Source: an uncultured Eubacteriales bacterium (GTDB taxonomy: Bacteria; Bacillota; Clostridia; Oscillospirales; Acutalibacteraceae). From it: a stretch of 30,838 nt of DNA. The position numbers were made by a program, and so were the translations under genes. Below, piece by piece: positions 9,607-20,800 of the stretch (the first letter of the stretch is position 1; every line of letters begins with the position of its first letter). Location of the stretch: positions 1-30,838 of the forward strand of contig CAYJFG010000009.1 in assembly GCA_964369305.1 (NCBI GenBank). The letters are read 5' to 3'. The notes beneath the pieces were generated by a model. The model worked only from the letters and a program-made list of their open reading frames with translations. It did no database searches and was not told the origin of the DNA.

Positions 9607-10644
9607 TTAATTATATTTTTTAAATGATAAGTTTATAATTTCATCGCATAATGAAGAAAAATCTATCCCAATGGCTTGAGCTTCTTGTGGTAATAAACTA
9701 GTAGGAGTCATACCAGGGAGCGTATTTGCTTCTAAGCAGTAAAACTCGTTATTTTCATCTAATAAGAAGTCTACACGGCTATAAGCGTTCAAATTTAAAC
9801 AGTTATGAACTTTTAGAGCTTCTTGTTGCATACGATTTGTTAAATCATTACAAAGTTTGGCAGGGCAAATTTCTATAGCACTTCCAGCTTGATACTTATT
9901 AGCATAATCGTAAAACCCTTGTTTAGGTATAATTTCTATTATAGGTAAAGCCTTATCGCCTAAAATACCTATAGAAAATTCACGTCCTTTAATAAACTGC
10001 TCAACTATAACTTCGTTTTCAAATTCAAAAGAGGTTGCAAGTGCAGTTTTCAATTCTTCTTGATTATTAGCAATTGATACACCAACGCTACTACCGCCAG
10101 AACATGGCTTTACAACACAAGGGAAAGTGTTAAAATTATAAGTTTCTCCCTTTTTAACCGATATACCTTTAGCCATATTAACATTATTATAAAGCAAAAT
10201 ACTTTTTGATATAGCTTTATTCATAGCAATACAACTACCCATATAATTGCTACCAGTATATTTTATCCCTAGTAAATCAAAAGTAGCTTGAAGTTGTCCG
10301 TTTTCTCCAGCATCACCATGCAACGCTAAAAAGCAAATATCAGCATATTTACAAATATTTTCAACGTGCATACCTAAAAATGATGTTGAATTATATTTGC
10401 GTAAACTTTTAATCTTTTCAATATCTGGAATAGAAGTGCTAATTTCTCTATTTTTTGTAAAGTCGTATCCTTTTTCAAATAAAGATGTTATGTCTACCTC
10501 TGGGCTTTCTTCGTATCCCATAAAAACATCAAGCAAAACTACATTATGTCCTTTTTCTCTTAAAGCGTTTGATACCATTATGCCAGAAGATATAGAAACA
10601 TCACGTTCTGTACTTAATCCTCCAGATAAAACAACAATATTCAT
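9607..10644 (-). CDS. ddl: D-alanine--D-alanine ligase
   Basis: GGLSTERDVS, LHGDAGENG, GSSVGVS, FYDYANKY and EANTLPGMT motifs. Confidence 0.95.
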   Translation of the reverse strand: MNIVVLSGGLSTERDVSISSGIMVSNALREKGHNVVLLDVFMGYEESPEVDITSLFEKGYDFTKNREISTSIPDIEKIKSLRKYNSTSFLGMHVENICKYADICFLALHGDAGENGQLQATFDLLGIKYTGSNYMGSCIAMNKAISKSILLYNNVNMAKGISVKKGETYNFNTFPCVVKPCSGGSSVGVSIANNQEELKTALATSFEFENEVIVEQFIKGREFSIGILGDKALPIIEIIPKQGFYDYANKYQAGSAIEICPAKLCNDLTNRMQQEALKVHNCLNLNAYSRVDFLLDENNEFYCLEANTLPGMTPTSLLPQEAQAIGIDFSSLCDEIINLSFKKYN

Positions 10645-10675
10645 ACTAAAACCTCCGTGTAAAGTGTCTTCAATA

Positions 10676-10704
10676 ATTATAATACTATAATACTATTTTT
10701 TCAA
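10676..10704 (-). promoter_or_regulatory. sigmaA promoter of ddl operon
   Basis: Minus strand TTGAAA-17 bp-TATAAT. Confidence 0.7.
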
Positions 10705-10729
10705 GTTGATATTACATAATTTACGAGCA

Positions 10730-12013
10730 TTAAGTCAATGTATATTTAGTATTTTTTCCGCTACCGTTTTTTTCTATAATATTAAGATTTATCATTTCTT
10801 TAATAATATTATTACATCTAGTTGTTTTTACATTTAATAGTTTTTCAAGTTCAATTCTTGTAATATTACCGTTTTCCTTTAAATAGTTGATAACTTCAAA
10901 TTGTGTGTTTGAAAATGCAGGAGAACTAGAATTTAAATTTGGTAAAGTAACCTTAAATGCTCCTTGTGCGTTTTCAAATATTGGTTTAATATTACTATCT
11001 TTATAAGAGTTTATTATTTTGCTAATACCAATTCCATACGACTCAATAAGCTTCATTGCGTAAAATAAATTTGCAAGTTTTTCGTTACGTGGTTGTGAAG
11101 CACCGAGCATAACAGCGTCAAGAGATAATCCAGCAACTAGACCACCTAAAGAAATAAATTCTATTTTATCGCAATATATATTAATAAATATGCTACCACT
11201 AAAGCTATAATCCCTATGAATAATAGCGTTTAATAGTGTTTCACGTATAGCCTCTTGTGGGTAATCTCTCTTATCAATTCTAAGTAGTTTTGAAAATGTA
11301 GCTTTTGTGCCGTTGTAATAGTCTATAGCGTCGTACACTTCGTTTAATTGTTTGAAAATTGAGCCGCTAAACTCTTTTCTATCTTTGAATATAGATTTAT
11401 CATTTCCTTGAAAAACTGCAAGTTTAATTGAATGTTTACATTCGTCAGACACAATTAAACCTAAATTAGTATACATAGCGTCTTGATTTAAAATGTATAA
11501 ATTTTTCTTTTGAATGTTATTAAACTCTAAATTTCGTATAAACATTTCTTTTTCAAGTGAAGTGAAATTTAAATTTTGTTCTAATGAACGTTTAAGCTCA
11601 AAGTGGTCACCGTCAGATAATTTTATCATATTTCTAATTAAATCATCAGAAGCCATAACTTTTGAAGTTCCTTGTCTAACATAAACGCCAGTAGGCTTTA
11701 TACCTTTGTCAATTAAATAGTAAGGTTTTCTAGTTCCCTCGCTTACTTCAACTTTTATTACTTTTTTATTATCGATATCTAATATTTCACTGTTAATAAA
11801 CATCATGCTGTCAGGCTTAATGCTATCTCTTAAAGTGTTGTTAAGTTTTAAAATAGTTTCGTCTACCTCGTCTAAGCCGATAAGTTCTCCGTTGTCAGAA
11901 ATACCAATATAAATAATACCTCCATTAGTATTTAAAAAAGCAACAACTTCTTTTTTTATATCTATTGTATAAATTTCTTTTAATTCTGTAGTTTCGTTTT
12001 CAAAAAAAATCAT
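10730..12013 (-). CDS. Schlafen/AlbA_2 plus RecG-C (HATPase_c_4)-like plus C-terminal winged-HTH protein
   Basis: ENETTELKE, AFLNTNGGIIYIG, YPQEAIRETLLNAIIHRDY and IESYGIGI motifs; C-terminal wHTH (GSGKNTKY). Confidence 0.88.
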   Translation of the reverse strand: MIFFENETTELKEIYTIDIKKEVVAFLNTNGGIIYIGISDNGELIGLDEVDETILKLNNTLRDSIKPDSMMFINSEILDIDNKKVIKVEVSEGTRKPYYLIDKGIKPTGVYVRQGTSKVMASDDLIRNMIKLSDGDHFELKRSLEQNLNFTSLEKEMFIRNLEFNNIQKKNLYILNQDAMYTNLGLIVSDECKHSIKLAVFQGNDKSIFKDRKEFSGSIFKQLNEVYDAIDYYNGTKATFSKLLRIDKRDYPQEAIRETLLNAIIHRDYSFSGSIFINIYCDKIEFISLGGLVAGLSLDAVMLGASQPRNEKLANLFYAMKLIESYGIGISKIINSYKDSNIKPIFENAQGAFKVTLPNLNSSSPAFSNTQFEVINYLKENGNITRIELEKLLNVKTTRCNNIIKEMINLNIIEKNGSGKNTKYTLT

Positions 12014-12081
12014 TCTATCACCTTTCTATCACTTTTCGTCTTTCTATCACTGATATTAACATATTTAGTGATAGATTGCAA
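12013..12081 (-). promoter_or_regulatory. Promoter with operator-like TCTATCAC repeats
   Basis: Minus strand TTGCAA-17 bp-TAATAT; TTCTATCAC at 12013, 12024 and 12042, plus inverted GTGATAGA at 12068. Confidence 0.65.
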
Positions 12082-12260
12082 GGAAATTTTTGATAAAAAT
12101 TAATTTTGTAATGTATAAAATTCTTAAAAAAGATAAAATGTTTAACAAAAAATGACAGCGATTATAATGCAAAATCGAAAAAGTGATGTTAAAACTGCAC
12201 AAATATTAGGTCTGTTTATTGTTATAATAGGTGAATTTTTCGTTTTCGAGCATTTTCTTG

Positions 12261-12289
12261 TTGTTACGCACATTAATTTATGATATAAT
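12261..12289 (+). promoter_or_regulatory. sigmaA promoter of EF-G paralogue
   Basis: TTGTTA-17 bp-TATAAT with TG. Confidence 0.65.
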
Positions 12290-12353
12290 GCTATTGTCAG
12301 TATTTTTTATGATAAATAAATAAAAGTTATAGATACAGAAAGGAGTAATTACA

Positions 12354-14414
12354 TTGAAACAGTATGAAGCAAAAAAAATAATTAACTTAGCATTAGTAGG
12401 TCATTCAGGTTCAGGTAAAACATCAGTAGCAGAAGCATTAATATATACAGCAGGTGCGTCCGATAGACTTGGAAAAATAACAGAGGGCAACACAATATTT
12501 GACTATGACCCTGAAGAAATAAAGAGAAAAGTTTCAGTTGTAACAGCAGTAGCTCCAATTGAATGGAAAAATTACAAAATAAACTTAATAGACACACCAG
12601 GACTTTTCGACTTTGAGGGAGGACTTTGCGAGGGTATTCGTAGTGCAGACACTGCCTTAATAGTAGTATCAGGAAAAAGCGGTATAAGCGTTGGCACACA
12701 AAAAGCCGTTAAAAAAGCAGAAAAAGAGGGTTTAACAAAAGTATTCTTTGTAAATGGTCTTTGTGATGAAAGTGCAAGGTTTTACAAGGTTTTCGGCTCT
12801 TTAAAAACAGAGTTTGGGCCATCAGTTTGCCCAGTAGTAGTACCTTACATAGTTGACGGAAAAGCAAATTGCTATGTAAACCTTTTAGAATATAAAGCAT
12901 ATTTATATGAAGACGGAAAAATGACACAAACAACTATGCCAGATATGGGCGATAGATTAGACGGACTTAGAAACGCTATAAATGAAGCAGTAGCAGAAAC
13001 AAGCGAAGAGATGTTTGAAAAATATTTCAGCGGAGAAGAGTTTACACCAGAGGAAATTATAGTAGGTATTAGCAACGGCGTTAAAAATGGAACAATAAGC
13101 CCAGTTTTCTGTGGTGATGCTCATAATACTTTTGGTATTGACCAATTATTAAACGGTTTAACATGGCTTGCACCTACAGCATTTGATAAGTCAGCCGAAA
13201 TAGGAACAGATGTAGACGGTGAGCCTGTAGAATTAAATGTAAATGAAAGTGCCGCAACAGTTGCAGTAGTATTTAAAACTATAGCAGACCCATTTGTAGG
13301 TAAATTATCATATTTTAAAGTTGTTTCTGGTAAAGTTTCTCCAGATACTCCACTTGTAAATATGAGAACTGGCAATAATGAAAAAATCAATAAAGTAATG
13401 GTTATAAAAGGCAAAAAACAAGAAGAAGTTCAGTACATAGGTGCAGGTGACATAGGCACAATTGCAAAACTACAAGATACAAACACTGGCGACACTCTTT
13501 GCTCACCTACTAGAAAAGTAACTTTAGAGGGTATCAATTATCCACAGCCATCATACTCAATGGCAATTTATCCAAAAACAAAAGGTGACGAAGATAAAGT
13601 AGCAAGTGCAATTTTAAAAATTTGTGATGAAGACCCAACAGTTAAAATGGTTACAAATAAAGAAACTAAGCAAATGATTTTGTCAGGGCTTGGCGAACAA
13701 CATTTAGATGTTGTAGTATCTAAAGTTAAAAATAAATTTGGTGTAGACGTATATCTTGAAGAGCCAAAAGTAGCTTATAGAGAAACTATCAAAAAAAGTG
13801 TAAAAGTACAAGGTAAATATAAAAAACAAAGTGGCGGACATGGTCAATTTGGCGATGTTTGGATAGAATTTGAGCCATGCGATTGCGACTCTTTAGAATT
13901 TGCAGAAAGAGTAGTAGGAGGAGCAGTACCTAAAGGATTTTTCCCAGCAGTTGAAAAAGGCTTAAAAGATTGTATAAAAAAAGGAACTTTAGCAGGATAC
14001 CCAGTGGTAGGGCTAAAAGCAACTTTATACGACGGCTCATATCACTCAGTAGACTCAAGCGAAATGTCGTTTAAACTTGCAGCGGCACAAGCTTATAAAA
14101 ATGGTATTCCACAAGCAAACCCAGTGCTACTTGAACCAATAGGACACTTAAAAGCATCAATCCCAGATAACAACATGGGCGATGTTATGGGCGAGGTTAA
14201 TAAACGCCGTGGCAGAGTTTTAGGAATGAACCCAGACGAAGACGGACTACAAATGGTAGAAGCAGAAATACCAATGGCAGAAATGTTTGATTTTTCAACT
14301 TATATAAGACAAGTAACACATGGTATAGGTAGCTTTACATTTGAGTTTGAAAGATACGAAGAATGCCCTATGCAAATAGCTAAAAAAGTTATTGAAAAAA
14401 ATAAAGTAGAATAA
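12354..14414 (+). CDS. fusA: Elongation factor G paralogue (EF-G2-like)
   Basis: Full EF-G architecture (GHSGSGKT, DTPG, GLGEQHL, KKQSGGHGQFG, GSYHSVDSSEMSF); TTG start after AAGGAG; not in a str operon. Confidence 0.9.
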   Translation: MKQYEAKKIINLALVGHSGSGKTSVAEALIYTAGASDRLGKITEGNTIFDYDPEEIKRKVSVVTAVAPIEWKNYKINLIDTPGLFDFEGGLCEGIRSADTALIVVSGKSGISVGTQKAVKKAEKEGLTKVFFVNGLCDESARFYKVFGSLKTEFGPSVCPVVVPYIVDGKANCYVNLLEYKAYLYEDGKMTQTTMPDMGDRLDGLRNAINEAVAETSEEMFEKYFSGEEFTPEEIIVGISNGVKNGTISPVFCGDAHNTFGIDQLLNGLTWLAPTAFDKSAEIGTDVDGEPVELNVNESAATVAVVFKTIADPFVGKLSYFKVVSGKVSPDTPLVNMRTGNNEKINKVMVIKGKKQEEVQYIGAGDIGTIAKLQDTNTGDTLCSPTRKVTLEGINYPQPSYSMAIYPKTKGDEDKVASAILKICDEDPTVKMVTNKETKQMILSGLGEQHLDVVVSKVKNKFGVDVYLEEPKVAYRETIKKSVKVQGKYKKQSGGHGQFGDVWIEFEPCDCDSLEFAERVVGGAVPKGFFPAVEKGLKDCIKKGTLAGYPVVGLKATLYDGSYHSVDSSEMSFKLAAAQAYKNGIPQANPVLLEPIGHLKASIPDNNMGDVMGEVNKRRGRVLGMNPDEDGLQMVEAEIPMAEMFDFSTYIRQVTHGIGSFTFEFERYEECPMQIAKKVIEKNKVE

Positions 14415-14566
14415 ATTTCAAAGTAACAATTATAACTTATTTGTGGAAATACTTTTAAAATAACTTACATTTTGAATTTTTAGTAAAATGTAAAAATAAA
14501 TTTGTCATTTTGCACAAATAAGAAATCGAAAGAAAAGACTAATTTTCGCAAAAATAAAAACCTAAT

Positions 14567-14610
14567 CACAAAAAAACAGTATTTCGTTGGGGGATTGCTG
14601 TTTTTTTGTG
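14567..14610 (+). terminator. Hairpin, probable terminator after EF-G paralogue
   Basis: CACAAAAAAACAGTA / TGCTGTTTTTTTGTG inverted repeat. Confidence 0.65.
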
Positions 14611-14771
14611 CAAAATCAAGAAAAATTTAAACTTTGTTTTGTGAATATTGTTTTAGTAATATTTTACTAATCAAAATGTTGAGAGATTGGGGGTGTCACA
14701 AATTTTGTTACATATTACAAAAAAACCATAAAATCTAACATTAAAATAGGCGTAATTCTGTTATATATTTC

Positions 14772-14800
14772 TTGAAAAAACAATGTTAATAGTATATAAT
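14772..14800 (+). promoter_or_regulatory. sigmaA promoter of the giant protein gene
   Basis: TTGAAA-17 bp-TATAAT upstream of an AGGAGG RBS. Confidence 0.7.
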
Positions 14801-14852
14801 TGTTATAAGTAAATTTTTATAGCTTATTTTTAAAAAACAGGAGGAAATTACA

Positions 14853-17800
14853 ATGATAAAAAGTAGTAAAAGAATTGTAAGTATTGTGTTGTCACTCATA
14901 ATGATAATATCAATGCTCACAGTAGCAGTGTTGCCGACAACGGCAGCAACGACAGAAGTACAAGACACAGGAGCTACAGTCACATTTGATGGAACAGAAA
15001 GAATTTATTTTGGAAATAATGATGATAACTGGTGGTTCGGTGATGGCTCATATCTATTTGTTTACTTTTTTGGTACAGGTGATGCTTGGGCAGAAATGAA
15101 AGGCATCGGAAATGACGATAATAATACTAATACTACGGATGATGGTGGAGTTTACTATGTTGACGTTCCAGCAGGTACATGGACTAATTTTATTATGCTA
15201 AGAAGAAGTGAGGATTATTCTGGTTGGAATGATGGTAAGGAACAAAATAGAACAGGTGATATTTCAATACCTTTAGGAGTAAAAACAACAGGAAATAAAT
15301 TAGATGATTATTCACAAAACGGTACAGGAGGAACTTGGAGCAGATATGCAGTAGCACCAACAGGAGTTACAGGAGAAATAACGTCAGCTAACATAATAAG
15401 TGGTGACGGTTCTGAGGCAACACCATATGTAGTTCCTACAGGCTCAACATTTAATTTACAAGGTACAGCAACTTTTAATGATTCAAACATGACAGGTGTA
15501 TATAGCTTTACAGGTGCAAGCGGTACATATAATGAGACAAATTCAATGTCAATAACTGCTAGTGCAGTTGAAGAAACAACAGAGTATACAATCCATGCAA
15601 AAGGTAGATTTGGCACTACAGATACAACAACGTCAACTACAAGCAAAAATGATGTAATTTATGTTCAAACTGTTTCGGCAGGTCACGATGTTACAGCTAC
15701 AGTTTCACCAGAGGGTGTAGGTAGTGTATCAGTTAATGGCACACCTATTACAGCTGAAACACCATCAGTTTCAGTGCCAGATACTGAAACTGCTACATTT
15801 GAAGCAACAGTAGTAGACGGTAAGTATGCATTTTTAGGTTGGTACAATACTAGTGGCGAGGAAGTTTCAACAGCAAACCCATATACTACTGCAGATACAA
15901 TTTCAGCAGATTTAACATTAGAAGCACGCTTTGAAAAAGTAGGTTTTGATGTTTCAGCTACAGTTTCACCAGAAGGCGTAGGCAGTGTATCAGTCAATGG
16001 CACACCACTTACAACTGAAACAACATCAGTTGGGGTACTAAATACTGAAACTGCTACATTTGAAGCAACAGTAGTAGACGGTAAATATGCGTTTTTAGGT
16101 TGGTACAATACTAGTGGCGATCAAGTTTCAACAGCAAACCCATATACTACTGCTGATACAATCTCATCAGATTTAACATTAGAAGCACGCTTTGAAAAAG
16201 TAGGATATGATGTTTCAGCTACAGTTTCACCAGATGGAGCAGGTAGTGTATCAGTTAATGACACACCTATTACAACTGAAACAAAATCAGTAGTGGTATT
16301 AAACACACAATATGCTACATTTGAAGCAACAGTAGTAGATAGCAATTATGTATTTATAGGTTGGTACAATGCTGACGGCAATAAAGTTTCATCAGCAAGT
16401 TCATATACTACTGATACTATGATTTCAGCAGATTTAACATTAGAAGCACGTTTTGCAGAAAAAATAGGAAGAATATATATTAAAAAAGATTGGATAGGCG
16501 AGGGCGTTAATATTTCTTTAGATGGCTCAGCTGATATAGCTATGGAGAAATTAAGTGACGACGTTTATACTTACCTACTTGATGGGTATGCTGATACAAT
16601 CACATTTAAAAGCACAGACTTAGCATATCAAACAACAGAGGTTGCTTTAACAGGAGTTACAAGCGGTCAAATGTTTGAAATAACAGGCGGTGAAGATACA
16701 GCTAAAACAGGAGCATGGGTACAAGGAGAATTTACTGTAAATGCAACATCAGCAAGTACTGCTTTAGGTACAGCAACTTATTTAGCTTCTATAACTTCTC
16801 CAACAGAAAATTTAGAAGTAAAACATTCTACAGTTACTTTTACAGCGACTATAAATGAAAATTTTGAAAGTTATTTCTTAGGTTGGTATGATGCTACAAC
16901 TGATGCTTTAGTATCAACAGATTTAGTATATCAAACAACATTAACAGGTGACATGGATTTAGAGGCTAAATTCCAACAAAAATTTGCAAGAATATATTTA
17001 GATTCAAATTATGTTACTAACTGGGGCGATAATGCAAGATACGCACATATACATGGTGATGCAAGTATTGGCGGTACACAATGGACAGGCGACCTAATGA
17101 CTGAAATTGGTACAGGCTTACATTTCTATGCATTAAAAGGTACGTCAAATATGGTTACATTTAACATTAATGGTAATAATGGTAAACAAGCAGCAGACCA
17201 AACAATACAAGATGGATATATTTTTACTATTAATACAAACAACAGTGCAACAGGAAATGTTCAACAAAATGGTGATTGGACACAATATGAATACCCAATT
17301 AATGTAACTATACTAGAAGATGGCATGGGTTCATACACAATCACACAACCAGCTACACTACCAGCTGACTTACAAGCGATGCTAACAGCAGATAAAGTAG
17401 GTTTAAAAGGTAGCACAGTAAAATTAACAGCAATTTCAGCTGATAATGATTTATACGAATTTGTAGGTTGGTTTTTACCAGGAGTAGGTAAAGTAGCAGA
17501 TACATTAGAGTACGAAGTAACTGTTGCAGGTGACGTTGATGTAGAAGCACGCTTTATGTTTAAAGGTCACGACGCTTCAGCTACAGTTGATCAAGCAGGG
17601 GCTGGTAGTGTTTCAGTTAATGGCACAGAAATTACAGACACAACAACAGAAGTTCGAGTACCAAACGGTCAAGATGCAGTATTCACACAAGTGACTAATC
17701 AAGGTTATGTATTTGCAGGTTGGTACACAGCAGACGGTGCAACTTTACTTACAGAAGAAGAAATATATACAGTTACAGCACTTGCTACAAACTTAACTGT

Positions 17801-20800
17801 TATGGCAAAATATGACAAAATCACATATACACCACCAACCCTTGACTATAGTTATATTATATCGCAAGGTAAATCGGTTGATATTGATGGAAAAAATTAT
17901 TATGTTTATGATAAAGGCGTTGAAATTAAATTTAGCTCTGTAACGATTTCAGGTGGTACAAAACAAATAGGTTCAAACCCACCTGTTGGTATTGGCGAAA
18001 GTACATTTAAAGTTTATTATAGACATACAAATAGTGAGGGCGTAGTTGTAGATATACCACTTACTACTCGCGCTCAATATTTAGATATGAATATATGGGA
18101 TGTTTGGGCTGATACATCATCACTTCCAGATATTCCAGTAGGTGAAGAAATAACTTTAGTACTTAAAGCATACCCAACAGAAGCAGCGTATGATGAAGAG
18201 AGTTATGGCGTAGCTCCAGAATTAGCTAAAGTATATGTAGGTTATGAAGAAAAATATACTGCACCAACAACACTTACATATGATGTAGTATTTGACGGTG
18301 TAAATGTTTTAGAAAACGGCATAAATATTTTAGATGCAAACGCAAATGTTACATTTAATAATATACAAGCAAGTGGCTCAACACTACAAGCTTATATAGG
18401 CGATAATATAGTAAACGGCTATACAAGCACAACTCAAGCTACAGACTATGAATATGATATTTACTGGAAAGACTATGACGTAATATATAACCCAGACGGC
18501 ACATTATTAAAAACTGCAGTAAATAACACAGCAACAATTACAGCACAAGAACTACAAACAGCAGGCGTAAATGTTAATGATAACGATGTATATCTTTATG
18601 TAGTTGCAAGAGCAGTAGGCAGTGCATATGAATTAAAATCTACTGAGGAAACAGCAGTTAGAATTATAAGAGGTTTAGAGTATGAATATACTGCTCCTAC
18701 AAGGGTAACAGCAAATCCTCATACTACTGCAAACCTAAACGGCAGATTTAATACAAACCAACCAATTGATTTAAATGTTAATATCACAGGTGGTACATTT
18801 AAATATGTAGTTAAAAACGCAGATGCAACAGGATATGTTTATGAGGGTGCTGCACAAGAGTACACTAATTACACATATAATGTATACGACGGTACAACTC
18901 TAATTCCTAATACTACTTTTAACGCTGAAACAGGTTTAGTTACAATACCAGCAGAGTATACAAAAGGCATGGTAGAGGGTAAAAAATTATCTTTAAGTGT
19001 TGAAGTAGTTATGAATGATGATACATCAAAGAAAGTTAAATCTACTGACTTTGAAATTACAATGCAATCACCATTCCAAATTACATATGATGAAATTGCT
19101 ATCTATGAAACAGAGAACGGCGAAGAAACATATGTAAACGACACAAATACAGATAACCCAGACATTATATACGAAGTAGATTTATATAAAAATAATGGTA
19201 CATACAGATTATCAATACCAAACATAAACGGTAAATTTGATCATGACGCAGATGCAAGCACACCATCTATACAAGTAGACAAACTATTTATAGGTGTTGC
19301 TCGTGATACAGGCGACCCTGAAAATCCAGAATTTTTAATAAATCCTTACGATACAGATACTCAAGGCACAACTGACTTACCTCATACTATAAGTTTAGAT
19401 TTAGACCCTAATACTTTAAAAAGTGGAGAAACATATTACGCTTTCGTTTATTATGTAGTTCCAGGTGACCACGACTATGGTACACAAATTAGACAATTCG
19501 TATTTAATATCCACGAAAATTCATTAAACGATATTACAGGTCTAACAGGATTTTATGACGGTAACGAAATTACAGTAGGTGGAGCATCATACAGCTTAGA
19601 CGAAATTACAGAGGGTAGCGGTAAAGGTACATTCATCTTTAATACAGTTTATGCAGGTGGCACACCATTTACAGATGCAAAACCAAATGCACAAGTTGAC
19701 TATACTTATACATTAACAAAAGACGGTGCAACAACAATTGATGATGCATACGTTGAAATTGATAATGACGGAAACATTAAATTCAACATAGCTACAATGG
19801 TAGGTGCTACAGAAAGTACAGACGGCTTACCACTAGACGCAGGTGTATATGAATTTGTACTAACAGCTACACATGGCACACAAGTAAAAACTTCATCAGT
19901 AAGCTTTACAGTTACAGGTGAATTACCACAATTTGTTGATGAACACGATTATATCGAAGAAGGCACAGACCCTGCATATCCACCACAAGGACCAACAGTA
20001 GGCGAAGGCGAAACAGTTACAATATTTGTATCTTCACCATCTAACTGGAGTTCAAAAATTAAATATGGTAGTATAAATTTTGAAGGCGAAATACCAGATG
20101 GTGGTGCAGTTGTACCAGGTGTTTTTGAAGATTATACTATAGTTGAGGGTACTCTTGTTGCAGGAGAGGAAACAACAAGTAGTAAAGCGTACTATGTTGT
20201 TAAAATTCCTTATGACAAGCTAATAACAAAAGACGATATTGCTATTGGTAATGAGCTTACTCTACACGGTGAGGGTCCTGATATTGGTAAAGTATGGTTA
20301 AATGCAACATTCTATCCGATGCGTGATGAAGCAGAATTAGCAGACGGTGTATTATATCAAACAACTAATGATGAGAACGATCCAGGAAGCGTTGTTGCAC
20401 CATACGTAACTTCATTTACTTATAATAACGCAGATACGCATACAATTTCAGATATAACAAATAGTATGCAACTATCATTAAGGGCTATTTTAAATGATGA
20501 TAACCCAGTATATTCAGAAACAGAATACCTAGAAACTTTCTACTATATAAATGGTGTTAAACATAGCACACTAGAGGGCGTTGCAGGTACAGACAAAAAT
20601 CAAACATTTAATATTACAGATGAAACAGGCAATTTAATAAATGGTTTCCAATATGGCACAAACTACATTTCTGTTACAGTTGGTATAGATAGTGGATTAG
20701 CTGCATACGAAAGCAGAGTGCATAAAGTATTTACTTTAGTTATAGACCCACAAAACCCAGAAATCACAAATTATGAACTAGGTGCAGGTGGTATGCAAAC

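Noticed and set aside
9607..10644. Vancomycin-resistance (D-Ala-D-Lac) ligase
   Set aside because: The FYDYANKY omega loop is typical of D-Ala-D-Ala ligases, the gene is paired with murF, and no van genes are present.
12354..14414. Tetracycline ribosomal protection protein (suggested by the nearby tetO-like word)
   Set aside because: Length and domain IV motifs (KKQSGGHGQFG, GSYHSVDSS) are EF-G-type, not TetM/TetO-type.
2540..14983. Short overlapping antisense ORFs (2540, 3261, 7232, 8096, 10397, 12382-13414, 14786)
   Set aside because: They overlap confidently assigned genes or the riboswitch on the opposite strand and show no recognisable motifs.
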